Positions 11,403 to 24,280 are shown, counted from the stretch's first letter. The stretch is 64,000 nt of DNA from Octopus sinensis (GCF_006345805.1 NC_043012.1:3658001-3722000), one strand, 5' to 3'. Made by a program: numbers and translations. The notes: generated by a model from the sequence alone, not told the origin.

Positions 11403-11796
11403 CTAGCAGTATCGCCTGGCGTTGCTCGGGTTTGTAAGGGAAATAACTATATAAGCATTTTTAGAGATGTAAAGTATAATAGCCATCTCAATATGGCTAA
11501 CCACAAAGGGGGGTGTTACTGTAGCTTTTTACGTTCTGAGATTTAATAATACATTTTTAGAGAGTTACTTCCCTTATATAATAGCAAAAAAATGCATTAA
11601 AAATGGGAAAAAATGATGGTAAATTTTTTTTAAATTGTAGACTCATCGTAGACGCGCGCTAATACCCAGAAGGGCTCGATATGAATCACGACTATAAGAT
11701 ACCCGCTTTTGGTTACACTGCACCGCAAAATGTGGGAGTAGTTAGGAATCTAAATCGTAGGAGACAGACACACAACTTTAGTTTTATATATAAAGA
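11403..11796 (-). mobile_element. Non-autonomous Helitron
   Basis: Minus strand starts TCTTTATATATAAAAC and ends with the GC-rich hairpin CCCGAGCAACGCCAGGC followed by CTAG. Inserted between A and T with no TSD. Confidence 0.75.
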
Positions 11797-12540
11797 TATT
11801 ATATGTATGTGTGTATTTATATCTAGTTAAAAACAAAATAATAACCTGTGTATACAAGTTTGCACTTAATATACATCTGCACATGTGTAGTTAAATATAT
11901 TACGGGTGAATTTTGGAGAATTTCACTTTATATCTCAGTATATATGTGTATTCACTCAACACACACAGACATGTGTACATGCGCTGAGTACCCACACATA
12001 CACATGAGCACATACATGCACACATGTGTCACTTTATCCACAAATGACTCGTAAAGAAATCAACGCCACTAATCTATTTACTACGCACCCTTTATTGTTT
12101 TTGTTTAGGTGATTACTTTGTCATTATAGGACCCCAGGACATATTTCTGTCTAGCTATTGAAAGGATAATACCAGATCAGTTTGACTCCTTTGTGTGTGT
12201 ATATCTCTGTATTTATGTGTGTGTGTGTGTGTGTTTGTGGGTGCGCGTGCTTGATTTACTGTTTCAAACAGAATAGGGAGATGTTTAATAAATAACACAT
12301 ACTGAAGAGAATTAAATATGAAAAAAATAATAATAAATATAAAATGAATTTATATAAAACAAAGCAGCTGCTAGACTTACAGCTTTTATATTCATATAGA
12401 AGGTTTAATTGGGATAAAGGAGACCTGTTTTGAAGGGAGATTATTACTACTACTACTACTACTACTACTACATTATAGTTATATATGAGATTACTGTTGA
12501 TATATCACTCACAGTGTACTAAAATTTCATACCCTGTTGG

Positions 12541-12615
12541 ATGGAGTTTTTGTCTTTCTATGACTTTATTTACAATGAAGAACAGCAGGATCTATGGCAT
12601 TACAAATTCTTTCCG
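12541..12615 (+). CDS. Candidate short first coding exon (unverified)
   Basis: ATG at 12541 (in-frame TAA upstream at 12520) gives MEFLSFYDFIYNEEQQDLWHYKFFP, then CCG|GTAAGT. Lies in non-repeat sequence; possible acceptor ACAG at 12511-12514. Confidence 0.25.
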
Positions 12616-13551
12616 GTAAGTGTCAATCTTATACATACATACACAGATATATATATATATAATAAGTAGTAATTATTTTGGTCATACTACATTCTAATTT
12701 TGACAGCTTGCTAGGTGATCAATAAAATTAGTACTAGTCAAATGGATACTGGAAACAATCCGACTGTGCCTTCTTTGTAAATGTATAAACCTTGTGCTAT
12801 ACCATGTATTAATCTGCATTAATTTATGTGCAGTATTAGAGTCCTACAGTTTCAGTTTTATGTGTCTCTTATCATTCCTACCACCTTCATTTTCATGGAA
12901 ATAATCAGCTAATTCTATTTCCTTGCACAACAGATTTTTGCATCTTTTTACTGAGTGAGTTTCTGGTTGCTAAATCAACAAGTATGATGAAATTTGTACT
13001 TTGGTGATGAGGTCATGATAAGGCCAGAACCTGTCTCATTCTTGTAGAAATAATTGTAATATTATTTTCTAATATTGAAAGAAGGCTACAAAATTTTTGG
13101 GAAGGGTACACCATTATTTGAAGCAATATAATCCAGTGTCCAATTGTTTTTTTCCCCCTACTTATTGCATTTTTAATTTGAGATTGTTATTTAATGCTTC
13201 CTGCATTAAAATATATTCATACTGATTTAACTGCTATTCTGGAGATTGTTTTCATTTTCAGTTCACATCTTATGGATCCATATATTTGGATATTTTCTAC
13301 ATAAACTTCAGGCACTTATTATTGTTTTTATCTCACAAAAGATATTTGTTCTTAAGGATATGCAAGGATTCCTTGTAAATAATCTTTATATCACCAGTGT
13401 GTCTTAAGTAGTTAATATTTCTAGAAATCAAATATATCAAAAAAAAAATATCTAAAATGTTACAAACAAGCAAAGTGGAAAGTCTCTATGTGGTTACTCA
13501 ATCTGCTAGAAATAGCTGACAAATCTTCCTAAAATTTCATCTTATCTTTTA

Positions 13552-13905
13552 TCTTGTTTTAGATATTCAACTGTGGCTATGCTAGGGTGTTGCCTTGAAG
13601 AATTTTAGCTGAACAAATCGATCCCATTATTTTCTTTAAAATCTGATAATTGTTCTCTCAGTCTCTTTTCCTGAACTGCTAAGTTATGTGATTGTCAGAT
13701 AATGGTGGGGGAAATAAACATTCACACATACACACACACGACGGGCTTCTTTCATTTTCCATCTATCAGATCCACAAATCCTTTCACAAGGCTTTGGTTG
13801 ACCCAAGGCGATAGTAGAAAACACTTCCCCAAGGTGCCAAGCAGTGAGACTGAACCCAAAGCCATGTGGTTGGAAAGCAAACTTCTTACCACACAGCCAT
13901 GCCTC
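13552..13905 (-). mobile_element. SINE family A
   Basis: Reverse-complement match to family A. Confidence 0.8.
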
Positions 13906-14109
13906 ATTAAAAAAAAAAATATTCATTGTAGTTCTAGGTATACAAAAATACTGGGTGGTCATGAAAGGAATACCTTTGATCACTTGTCTGCTCAGTTAGG
14001 GTTAGCTCAAGTTAAATATGAAATTTGTGGTAAATTGTGGTATTCGCACTGATTCCTACTGAAGTTCAATATCCTTTTATTCTCTTCGGTTATTTTAACT
14101 CTTTGTTTT

Positions 14110-14360
14110 TCTGTCATTGTTGACGATGGCCAGGCACATCACATGGGAGAAGAAGATGGGATGTGGGGTGTCCGGCTGTGACCGATCATTCTGATGCGTA
14201 CTTGAAAGGCTCTGCTGCAGGTTGGGGACCGAAGGCATGGAGTTGGCTCTGAACTTGCGCAGTTTGCATTTTCTTTGTGACCCTGCAATCCTGTTCTGTT
14301 CATAGAAGGTGCAGCTCTATTGGTGTCCCTTTAGTTACAGATGTATTGACCAGCTGTTGA
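14110..14360 (-). pseudogene. RTE/BovB-like LINE C-terminal fragment
   Basis: Minus translation SPTCSRAFQVRIRMIGHSRT resembles the RTE terminal CxxCxRxFxxxIGLxSHxRT motif. Confidence 0.65.
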
Positions 14361-15001
14361 TCTTTACTACTACAATATCCTTTCTGGTATTCTTCCTGAT
14401 AACACTTTTCTTCTTTCTTTTTATATTCTTGAAACCCCAACATCCCTCTTCCATCCACCTTTACGATAAGATTGATACGAACTGTCTGTGAGCTATAGAT
14501 CCTGAATTGAATTACAGTCTAGATGTGGCAGTTTGATCTTTCTTCGATTTTGGGAAAGATTATTATTATCATTATTATTCTTTGTTTTGTTTTTGTTTTT
14601 TTACAATCCGTTTTCTTTTTAAATGCTGTTTCCAATATTTTTTCATTAAATTAATAAACATTTCAGTGAGAAGAAAATCTTTTTAAACTGTTAAATTCTG
14701 TTGTCTGGGAGTTACGCTCAGGGGAGTTGACTAAATCAACTGCCCCTCTTTCCTTCCAGATTTCTGGATATTTTATTCATTTATATGTTCATTTATTTAT
14801 TTGCTCATAATAAATCAATACTAACAATGAATAATTGGCGAGGGGTGAAAAACCAGACCAGTTTGCTTTCTGATACATAATTGATATTTCTCGTTAAATA
14901 TCTAAATGTCTGAAATAAGTTGTTGTTAATAAGATTATAATTTTTCGGACTATTAACCTCATCTTTATAGAGATGAAATATTTTTTTTAAATGTTTATAT
15001 A

Positions 15002-15151
15002 GGTGCAGGCATAGCTGTGTGGTTAAGAAGCTTGCTTTGTAACCATGTGGTTTTGAGTTCAGTCCCACTGTACAGCACCTTGTGCAAGTGTCTCTTATTA
15101 TAACTCTGGGAAAATTTGGTTAATGGAAACTGTGTGGAAGGCCATTGTATA

Positions 15152-15182
<31 letters not shown>

Positions 15183-15386
15183 CTTTGTGTCTGTCAATCC
15201 AGTATCTTGACAACTGATGTTGGTTTGTTTGTGTCCCCATAACATAGCTGCTCAGCAAAAAGACTAACAAAAAAAAATCAAGCAAACAAAAATTAAAAAA
15301 ACAAAAACAAAACAAAAAGTACTGGAGTGGATTTGACTAAAATCCTTAGTCTGGCTGCAGTCTAGTGACTGAAACAAGTAAAAGAT
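15002..15386 (+). mobile_element. SINE family A
   Basis: Head GGTGCAGGCATAGCTGTGTGG, tail GACTGAAACAAGTAAAAG. Confidence 0.8.
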
Positions 15387-15452
15387 ATCTACCCTATGTT
15401 GCAGTCAGTTTGCTTTCTATTCACCATCTGGTGTCTTGTTCTTGGAGATGTA

Positions 15453-15803
15453 CAGGGTGGTTGGAAAGTCTTGTCACCACCTGTAAATATTGTTTTAATT
15501 TTCTATTCTCAAGGAGAGGGTTTCACAAGAGCAATTACCAGAGTACCCAACAGTTGAAGGATGCTGTTTTGGCAGCCTTTGCAACAATCACCAAAGCACA
15601 GCTTCATAAAATATCACACAGGACGTGGCATTGCCTCATTTTGTGCCACGAAAATGGTGTTCATACAGACCTTCTCGATCTGTAACAGTGTCAATGAAAG
15701 TGAATATACTAAAACCAGTTAATGTGTTTGGTATTATTATATTTTTCCTCTGTTGTTCTTATTACTTTTCGGTAAGGAGTGACAAGACTTTGGGACCACC
15801 CTA
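15453..15803 (+). mobile_element. Tc1/mariner-superfamily internally deleted element
   Basis: TA-flanked TIRs CAGGGTGGTTGGAAAGTCTTGTCAC / GTGACAAGACTTTGGGACCACCCTA. Internal QQLKDAVLAAFATIT...RTWHCLILCHENG resembles a transposase C-terminus. Confidence 0.8.
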
Positions 15804-16964
15804 TACATTGTCCAGAAATAAAGGCCACTTGTTCAAATTCAGTCCAGTACTTGTGGTAATAGTGCTCTAGTCCATGAGGCTGCCAACACAAGTTCAAAAT
15901 CTCTTGAAGGTGATTTTTGTTCCGTTATTCTTTGGGATTGCTTGGATCTTGTTTTTATCTATTTTGAAAGATAATGTTCACACCCCCCCGACTTGAACTC
16001 AGAACATAAAAGGATAAAACAAAATACAATAAAGCTTTTAGTCTAGCGCACTCACTGTAGTTGCTCAGAATTTTAAAAATAGTAGCCAAATCTACTTCAG
16101 ATCACATCTACACTCTTAAAACAAAAGATTTCATTGGAAAATTTATTCCTAGACACATAATATCAAGAAAAAAGACAGGATGGTCATGGGTGGATTACTT
16201 TTGATTATAGCTGACCTGGGAATGAACGAGAACAATTACCACCTAGGAATGGAAGGTGAACTTTGTTAGCTTCAGTACAGGTAACCTGCCTTAGAGAGCA
16301 GTAACTCTGAATAACAAAGGCACAAAACTTATTAAAAAGTAAAGTACTTTTAAAAGTTTCTTTTTTTTATTTGAATGCTTAGGCTTTCAGTGTCTGACAC
16401 TTGGTATGCATGTAAGAATGTAAGAATGTAAGAATGTAAGAATGTGTGTTTTGTGAAGCTAGAAGCATAAAATCTCCAATGAAACTTCTTAAAGTATATT
16501 CATTATTTTTTTTTATTAATTGAGTGATAACAATTTGTGTCTGTATATTACTTGGCGGACCCACATACACATATATTCTCTTTCACTTTTTCTTACTCAC
16601 CCTCTCTCATAGGCACACACATGAATGAGCATGCCTAGGTTACCAATAAATAGTTTATATAGATACGTGCACACACATATATATATACAAACACCTTCCT
16701 TTTCTCTCTCCCCCTCCCCCACCTCATCATTCACTCACTTTCTACCCTCTCTCTTCTCCGCCTTGTTATTCACTCTTTCATGTATGAATAAGCAAATCTA
16801 TTGATACACATGCATACACACATTCTCTCTCATATAATTTTATTTCTCTCTCTCTCTCTTATACACATTCATATTCTAACTTAGCTTACACACTCACACA
16901 ATAACTCTCTCTCTCTATCCATCTGTCATATATATACATACACACATGTTTACATTCACTTACA

Positions 16965-17011
<47 letters not shown>

Positions 17012-17429
17012 ACCTTTATAGGCTCAATCCTTAACTGAAAAAGAATACAATCATATCTGAATGCGTCAGTGAGTTATTTCATTCATAATTTATATGGGTT
17101 TTATATTAACGTGTCAGTGACCTGTAATTTATGACAATCATAATTAATATAATTTCTAACATTGACTCGAAGCTGCTAATACTGTGTGTGTGTGTGTGTG
17201 TTTTAGTATAATTAATTAATCGCTGACTTTTGGTATTTGTTTTATAAATAGTTGTTTCTTTATTCCCCACTAAGGGTTCATGAAAAATATTGGGGACAGT
17301 TTTGGACAATATAATGTGGGGGTTACATAAAGAAACGTAAAATGTAGAAAAATGGCGATAATATAAATTCTAATGATGAATAATTCCTCCAAAGAGGGAA
17401 ACTTTTTCGGACTATTTGTGGAAAATAAT

Positions 17430-17645
17430 GGTTTCAAATTTTAACACTAGGCCAGCAATTTTCAGGTGAGGGGATAAGTCAATCACATTGACTCCGGTGC
17501 TCAACTGATATATGTTTTATCAATCTCAAATAGATGAAAGGCTAAGTTGACCTTGGTGGCATTTGAACTCAGAACGTGAAGATGGAGGACAAAATGCCAC
17601 TAAACATTTTGTCCAGTGTGTTAACGATTCTGCCAGCTTGCTGCT
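17430..17645 (-). mobile_element. SINE family C
   Basis: GATGAAAGGCTAAGTTGACC...TTTGAACTCAGAACG...ACGATTCTGCCAGCT. Confidence 0.8.
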
Positions 17646-17713
17646 TTACGTGGCAAATAAATAATAGCAACAGATTAAGTCAACCCTATTGGACCTTGAA
17701 TGTAAACCTACTA

Positions 17714-18278
17714 TTGGGTTGTCCGGAAAGTTTGTGCCAATTTTTAAAGGAAAGAAAAAGGTCAATAAATACTTGCCATTACATTTTTAATCAACCAAAT
17801 ATAAACCATTTTGTTGCACAATGTGTCTCCATCTTTCCTTTAACTTGAAAATATCCTCTCCTCAGAATTGAGGTGGTTTCATGGCAAAGAATTCATCAAG
17901 GTATCTTTTTATGTCATCCAAGGAATTGAAATTTTTACCATTAAGACTATTCTGCAGAGACCTGAATAAGTGGAAATCCGAAGGAACAATATCTGGTTAA
18001 TATGGAGGGTGGGGTAACACATCCCAGCTGATCTGCAGCAATTTTTGTCTGGTTCCCAAAGCATCAAGTGCCGAAAATGAACTTTTTATCTTCCATTTTA
18101 AAGGGTTACAGAATTAACACAGGTTATAGGAACATAAACCTTCTTCCACAAAAAGATAGCTTAAACTGTGCTCTAAATGGTGGTGTAGTCAAATGCTATT
18201 TTATGGACTCAACCATGTTCTAAAATAAGTCGACAGGTAAGCTACTATAAAGCGGCACAAACTTTCCAGACAACCCAA
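17714..18278 (-). mobile_element. mariner element, internally deleted
   Basis: TA TSD with TIRs TTGGGTTGTCCGGAAAGTTTGTGCC / GGCACAAACTTTCCAGACAACCCAA. Minus translation WDVLPHPPY*PDIVPSDFHLFRSLQ...RWRHIVQQNG matches the mariner YSPDLAPSD region. Confidence 0.92.
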
Positions 18279-18877
18279 TATAATTTCTTTCACAGGTTTC
18301 AAGCATTGGACTACAACAGCACTGGGCATACACCTTCAAAGGTTTAGTCAGCCATATTGACTGCAGTGCCTATTTTTTCAGTTTAGTTCTCATGCTACTA
18401 AACTCTATTTGATGCACAACTAGGTTACAGGACATAAAGGGACACTATATAAATACCTGTTTTTAGATTGTTACACACACACACACAATCATGCATATTT
18501 ATCATTTTATGTCCACTTTCTGACATGAGCTAAGCAGGTTACCAAGGTCTGTCAGCTCAAGTATTGCTAACCAAAATGGTTCAGGGGGAGGGGGGTGCAT
18601 CGTGTTTCAGTTTTTGGCATGGTTTCTATGGCCAGATACCCTTTCTAACATCCTTAAATTTATAGTGTGTGGTTGTGGGTGTGGTTATGTGTGTATATGA
18701 GTATAATTGTGGGCATTCTCAGTTATTAAAATGGATTCACTGTTAGCCATATAATTTGTGGAAAACACAAAATTGAAATGAATTTTAGATAATTACAATT
18801 GAATTGAACCTAAGGGAATGATTTCATAAGAACCTGTTGCCCCATCCTACTGAATTGGCTTCAGTTGTGTGTGTGTG

Positions 18878-19136
18878 TGCTGGTGCCATGTAAAAAGTAC
18901 CTGTGCTGGTGCCACTTAAAAAGCACCCCTGCCAGCACCATGTAAAGAGTGCCTATGCCAGTGCCACATAAGAAGCACACAGTGCACTTGTAAAGTGGTT
19001 GGCATTAGGAAGGGCACCCAACCATAGAAACCAAGTCAAAACAGACTGGAGCATGGTGCAGCTCTCAGGCTTGCCAGCTCCTCTCAAACCATCTAACCCA
19101 TGGCAGCGTGAAAAACGGACATTAAATGATGATGAT
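18878..19136 (+). mobile_element. Family B (RTE 3' end) with 26-bp tandem repeats
   Basis: About four degenerate copies of TGCTGGTGCCACGTAAAAAGCACCC, then the family B body and (GAT)n. Confidence 0.8.
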
Positions 19137-19799
19137 ATATATATATATAACTATATGCTTCTAACAGTATTTTCTACTAAATTCTACTCAAAAAGTATTG
19201 CCAACATGAGGCTTTGCAGTAGTATTGAACCTTCACTGATGTGGTTGTGAAGCGAATTAAAAAAAATGCTAATAATTTTTCAATTGAACATGTAATAGCT
19301 CCACATGTTTGCAAAACTGATTTAATGAACCATACCCCCCCCCCACCAATATATTGCCATGACGATATGATGATACTGATAATGATGGTGGTGATAGTAT
19401 TCCAATAGTCTTATTAAAATTGCCTGTTTTAGCTGCATAAATTAGGTCAGCTCAGAGGGCAATGCTTTTGCTTTTTCTATTCTCTTAAAGTATTCTGTTA
19501 TATTTGTATAGAGCCACGTTTGAGCTGTTTATAGCAAATCCTGTGACACTATATAATGTGTACACTCAATGCTTAACAGTGCTATTGTCTGTGCTTTTGT
19601 ATGCTAATGTAAAGTCCTGTAGTTCTTTGTCATCCTGTGTGCCCTGTAGTCCTATCTTCTGTATGTTATAATGAACTCATCAGAAAAAGGAGCCTAAAGT
19701 GCATGAACAGTACAGAAGATGCTCAGGAAATGAACAGTGAATGATTCCTTTAAAAAAAAATAGGAAGTGGGCATCAAAAAATAAAAAAATAATGAAATT

Positions 19800-20150
19800 A
19801 TTGTATACAGTGCTCAGGTGCACCACAACTTGTCAAAAGTGCATATAAAGCATATGCAGTAATGTACAAATGTCTGGAAAGTGAACAGTGTATGAGTCAG
19901 ATACATGCTTGCGTGTGCATGGAGGAGAGAAAATCAGGTGTAGTGTTGGCGAATCTCAGGAAGCATGGAAGTTTTGAAGGATGCAGTGCTCTGACAACTA
20001 ACAACTGATACCGGTAGTTTGTTCCATACTTCAGCAACGTTTAGTGTGAAAAAAATGTTTCAGAAAATCGTGTACTGTTGGTGGATTTCAGGAAGCACGG
20101 AAGTTTTGAAGGATGTAGTGTCCCGACAGCTAACAACTGATGCAGGTTGT
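19800..20150 (-). pseudogene. CR1-clade LINE 3' end with duplicated segment
   Basis: Minus translation FFTLNVAEVWNKLPVSVVSCQSTASFK matches the CR1 ORF2 terminal motif. Segment ~19955-20025 is repeated at ~20085-20150. Confidence 0.75.
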
Positions 20151-20279
20151 TTGGTTTGTTGTGTATAAGCGCCAGGTTTTTGGTTTCTCTATTTGCTTGC
20201 ATCTCTTTCTTATCATTTCCCAAGGTAATATTATAAAGAAGGATTGTATATATTTACAAGAAAATATTATTTTATTATT

Positions 20280-20500
20280 ATGGCAGAGAGCTTGGCAGAA
20301 TTGTTAGCACACCAGGCAAAATGCTTAGCAGCATTTCATCCATATTTACATTCTGAGTTCAAATTCTGCCAAGGTCAGCTTTGCCTTTTTTCTCTTTCGG
20401 AGTTGATATAATAAGTATCTTTTGAGAATTGGGGTCAATGTAATCAACTTAGCCATTTCCTTGAAACCGCTGGCATTTCACCTAAAATTTGAAATCATTA
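20280..20500 (+). mobile_element. SINE family C
   Basis: GGCAGAATTGTTAGCAC...TTCTGAGTTCAAATTCTGCC. Confidence 0.8.
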
Positions 20501-20511
20501 TTTAATATTAA

Positions 20512-20729
20512 CCCTTTAGCATTTAAACTGGCCATATCCAGCCAAAATATTCTATCTGATTTATTATCAAACTGGCCAGATCTGGCCTCTCACACCAGCC
20601 CTACAATATCATTCTGAAAATTAAGTTACCTCTTTAAAATCTCAAAACTACAACATTATACATGATTAATACAAATCAATGAGAATTAATAATCATTACT
20701 TCTGACAGAATAATGTGAATGCAGAAGGT
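20512..20729. mobile_element. piggyBac-type MITE (family 2)
   Basis: TTAA-CCCTTTAGCATT...AATGCAGAAGGT-TTAA. Homologues at 47404-48022 and 51721-51941. Confidence 0.7.
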
Positions 20730-20899
20730 TTAAGGCAGCAAGCTCATAGAATCATTCACCTATTGAACAAAATGCTTTGTGGTATTTCATCTGGTTCTTA
20801 ATGTTCTGAGTTCAAATTCTGCTGAGGTTGACTTTGCATATCATCCTTTCAATGTTTGGTAAAATAGGTACCATTTGTGTACCGTAATCAACTATGGCC

Positions 20900-21213
20900 A
20901 TGTTCAGGCAGCCTTAGTACTTATTTCTAAGTCTTGTACTTTTTTTATTATTCCCTGTTGCTGAACCACTAAGTTATGTGGGCATAAACAAACCAATACC
21001 TGTTGTCAAATAGTGAGTATCATAAAAACACAAGGACCCACACACACACACACACACACACACATGCACATATATACACAATGGAAGTTACACAGCTTCC
21101 ATCTACCAAATTCATTTAGACGGCATTGATAAACTAAGGTGCCATGCAATGGGACTGAACCAGAAACCAGATGGTTGCAAAGCAAGCTTCATAACCACAC
21201 AGCCATACCTGCA
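20900..21213 (-). mobile_element. SINE family A
   Basis: Reverse-complement match, partly deleted. Confidence 0.75.
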
Positions 21214-21273
21214 GCTATAGAAGTAGAATAGAAAAAATAACTCTAGAGAGATGTTAATTAATATATTCAAAAT

Positions 21274-21922
21274 GCATGGCTGTGTGGTAAGATGTTTACT
21301 TTTCAACCACATGGTTCAGTGTTCAGTCCCACTGCATAGCACCTCGGGCAGGTGCCTTCTGCTGCAGCCTTGGGCCAACCAAAACCTTGTGAGTGGATTT
21401 GGTAGACAGAAACTTTAAGGCGGCAAGCTGGTAGAAACGTTAGCATGTCGGGCGAATTGCTTAGCAGTATTTCGTCTGCCGTTACGTTCTGAGTTCAAAT
21501 TCCACCAAGGTTGACTTTGCCTTTCATCCTCTCAGGGTCGATAAATTAAGTACCAGTTACGCACTGGGGTCGATGTAATCAACTTAATCCCTTTGTCTGT
21601 CCTTGTTTGTCCCCTTTATGTTTAGCCCCTTGTGGTCAGTAAAGAAATAAGAAACTGAATGAGCCCATCATATGTGTGTGTGTGTGTGTGTGTATGTATA
21701 TAATATTTATATATGTCTGTGTTTGTTTGTCCCCCCCCACCACCACATGATAACTGCTGTTGGTGTGTTATGTCCTTGTAACTTAGCAGTTCAGCAAAAG
21801 AGACTAATACAATAAATACCAGGCTTAAAAAAAATAAATACTGGTGTTGATTCATTCAGTTGAAATTCTTCAAGGTGGTATCCCAGCATGGCCACAGTCT
21901 AATGACTGAAACAAGTAAAAGA
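21274..21922 (+). mobile_element. SINE family A interrupted by SINE C
   Basis: A head to GGTAGACAGAAACT, resuming AGAAACTGAA after 21649. Confidence 0.85.
21417..21649 (+). mobile_element. SINE family C nested in SINE A
   Basis: AAGGCGGCAAGCTGG...GCCCCTTGTGGTCAGTAAAGAAATA, with TSD AGAAACT at 21408-21414 and 21650-21656. Confidence 0.9.
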
Positions 21923-22394
21923 TAAAAAATATAAAAAAAAAAAATTTAATTAGTAATTTGCTGAAATATTTCTTTTAGTTCCGTTACAATGACATCAGAA
22001 AATGTATATTTGAATAAATTATTTGGTTTTGTTTTGTTTGTTTCCTCTTCAAAATGTTGACATTTTCACACTTTTCTTTCTAAATTAATGACTCATGACA
22101 TTCCTTCTATTATTGTTGATTGGATATTTAAAAAAAAATATATATTTAATTGTATTTTCCTGTCTTTATAAACTCCTCTACCATTTTTACTCTGCAGTTA
22201 ATTTCTCTCTCTCGGCAGTATTTTTCTTTTCATCAAAACAATCTTTGATTTTATCAGTAACACTATCTCTTCTGTTCTCAGTGCTCTCTCTAATCTGAAT
22301 TTATTGTGTTAACATATCTATACATGATTATCAATTACTAAAAATTGTAAGAACTTCATAGATAATAATAATAGTAATGTTGTGTTGTTGTTGT

Positions 22395-22890
22395 GACCCC
22401 CTTCGGTCATGGATGACCATGGGGTTGCTCCTAGAAAGTTACCCTCCGAGGTACAAGTCTGGGCAAGGTTGTTTATGGAAGGTCAGCAGTCGCCCATGCA
22501 TACTGCCCTCCCCTCTCCATGCCACTGATGTTATCCAAGGGAAAGGCAAAGGCTGATACAGCTTGGCACCAGTGACGTTGCAGCTCATTTATTAACGTGC
22601 AAGTGGCTGAGCACTCCACAGACATGTGTACCCTTCATGTAGTTCTCAGGGAGATTCAGCATGACACAGAGTGTGACATGGCTGGCCCTTTGAAATACAG
22701 GTACAACAGAAACAGGAAGAAAGGTGGGGTGAAAGAGTACAGCAGGGTTCACCACCATCCCCTGCCAGAGCCTCATGGAGCTTTAGGTGTTTTCGCTGAA
22801 TAAACTCTTACAATGCCTGGTCTGGGAATCGAAACTGCGATCCTATGACCATGAGTCCATTGCCCTAACCACTTGGCCATTGCGCCTCCA
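22395..22890 (-). mobile_element. Chimeric SINE: family E head/body joined to family D 3' half
   Basis: 22590-22890 matches 61025-61382; 22395-22590 matches the 3' half of 10945-11286. Confidence 0.8.
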
Positions 22891-22904
22891 CAATAATAGT
22901 AATG

Positions 22905-23440
22905 ATATGCCCTGACGCAGTACTAGGTAGTGGCTCCCATGGCTTTTGATCTTAACTGATTGGAAGTGTTATCATGTACATGTTTTGTCTTGGTATAAAG
23001 ATGGGCCACAGCAGATATTCTGCTCAATGTCTCAGATTTGCTTGTCTGTTGCTTGATTTCAACCAGTTGAGCATGTCCCTTGGTGGCTAATGATATGTGC
23101 ATCGCTGATGACGAGCAGAAGTAGTAGGGGAGCAAGAATTCCTTGGTGTTTGGATAATTCACCTCTGGAAATAGGTGTTTCATTCAACATCCTTAAACAA
23201 CCCTTATTCAGGGACCTTTTGAGCAGTTTGGGCAACTTAACCTGAAAAAAATTCTAATTGGGCCCTACCTGCAAGGTCATGCACTGCTTATCTTGACATG
23301 AGATCACCATATTGCACGCATATGGTTGTGTTGCATGTGCCTGGTGTACCCTTATCAAACAGGTAGTCATGATGGGTATACTGGGCTTCATATATTTTAC
23401 CCCAGTGTCACTTTGATGGCATGACGATGGACTCGCCCAT
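22905..23440. repeat. Probable interspersed repeat, unclassified
   Basis: GC-richer block (GCCCTGACGCAGTAC...GATCTTAACTGATTGGAAGTG) that I recall as a common octopus repeat. Single copy in this window. Confidence 0.4.
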
Positions 23441-24280
23441 TGAAGCCAATATATGTTTATTTTGCTGAATGACCTGTACAAATGATTTGTTTAAAGTGAT
23501 CAAATATATGTGTGGCACATTAGCTCACTCTCTCCATCAGATCGATATTGTTTGAACAGGTGCACTGTGTACCATGCATCAGATGTTGATGTGATTGCAA
23601 AGCAACATGAGATGAAGTGTTTTGCTCAAGAACACAACACACCACTTGGTCTAAGAATTGAAACTGTGATCACTAGATAATGCAACACCCTAAGTACTAA
23701 GCCATGCATCCTCAAAATAGTAATAATGATAGTAGTAATAATAGCAGTAGTAAAAATAATAGTAGTAATAGTACTACTACTAATAATAATAATCCTTTCT
23801 ACTATAGGCACAAGGCTTGGAATTTGGGGGAAAGGGGATAGTCGATTACATCAACCCCAGTACTCAACTGGTACTTGATTTATTGACCCCGAAAGGATGA
23901 AAGGCAAAGTTGACCTCGGTGGAATTTGAACTCAATATAGTAATAATAAATATATATTTATATATGTGAGCCCTTTGTATTCTTTTCTTATTTTTTTAAT
24001 AATTACCTCTCTTTGTATTAGTGGCCATCCAGAGGGTTCTACATGTGTATACTTAGTATAGTGAGCACCTAAAAGCTAATTAAAAATAATGATGCGAAGA
24101 AATGGCATTTGATCAATGACCACCAATATCATAGCAATTGTTTCAATATGTACAGGGAGATAATTGGGTATGTTTCTGTCTTATTAGACCTCTTCAGCAA
24201 GGCATAGATTCACTATACCAAATTTTCCAAAGTAGTGATGAATCATTAAGTGGATTCATTTAGAAATAAACTGTTTTTAT

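Noticed and set aside
18878-18990. CRISPR-like regularly spaced repeats
   Set aside because: Tandem degenerate units without unique spacers, in a eukaryotic repeat context with no cas genes.
23104-23125. CTGATGA...GAAG hammerhead-like motif
   Set aside because: Lacks the GAAA core and paired stems.
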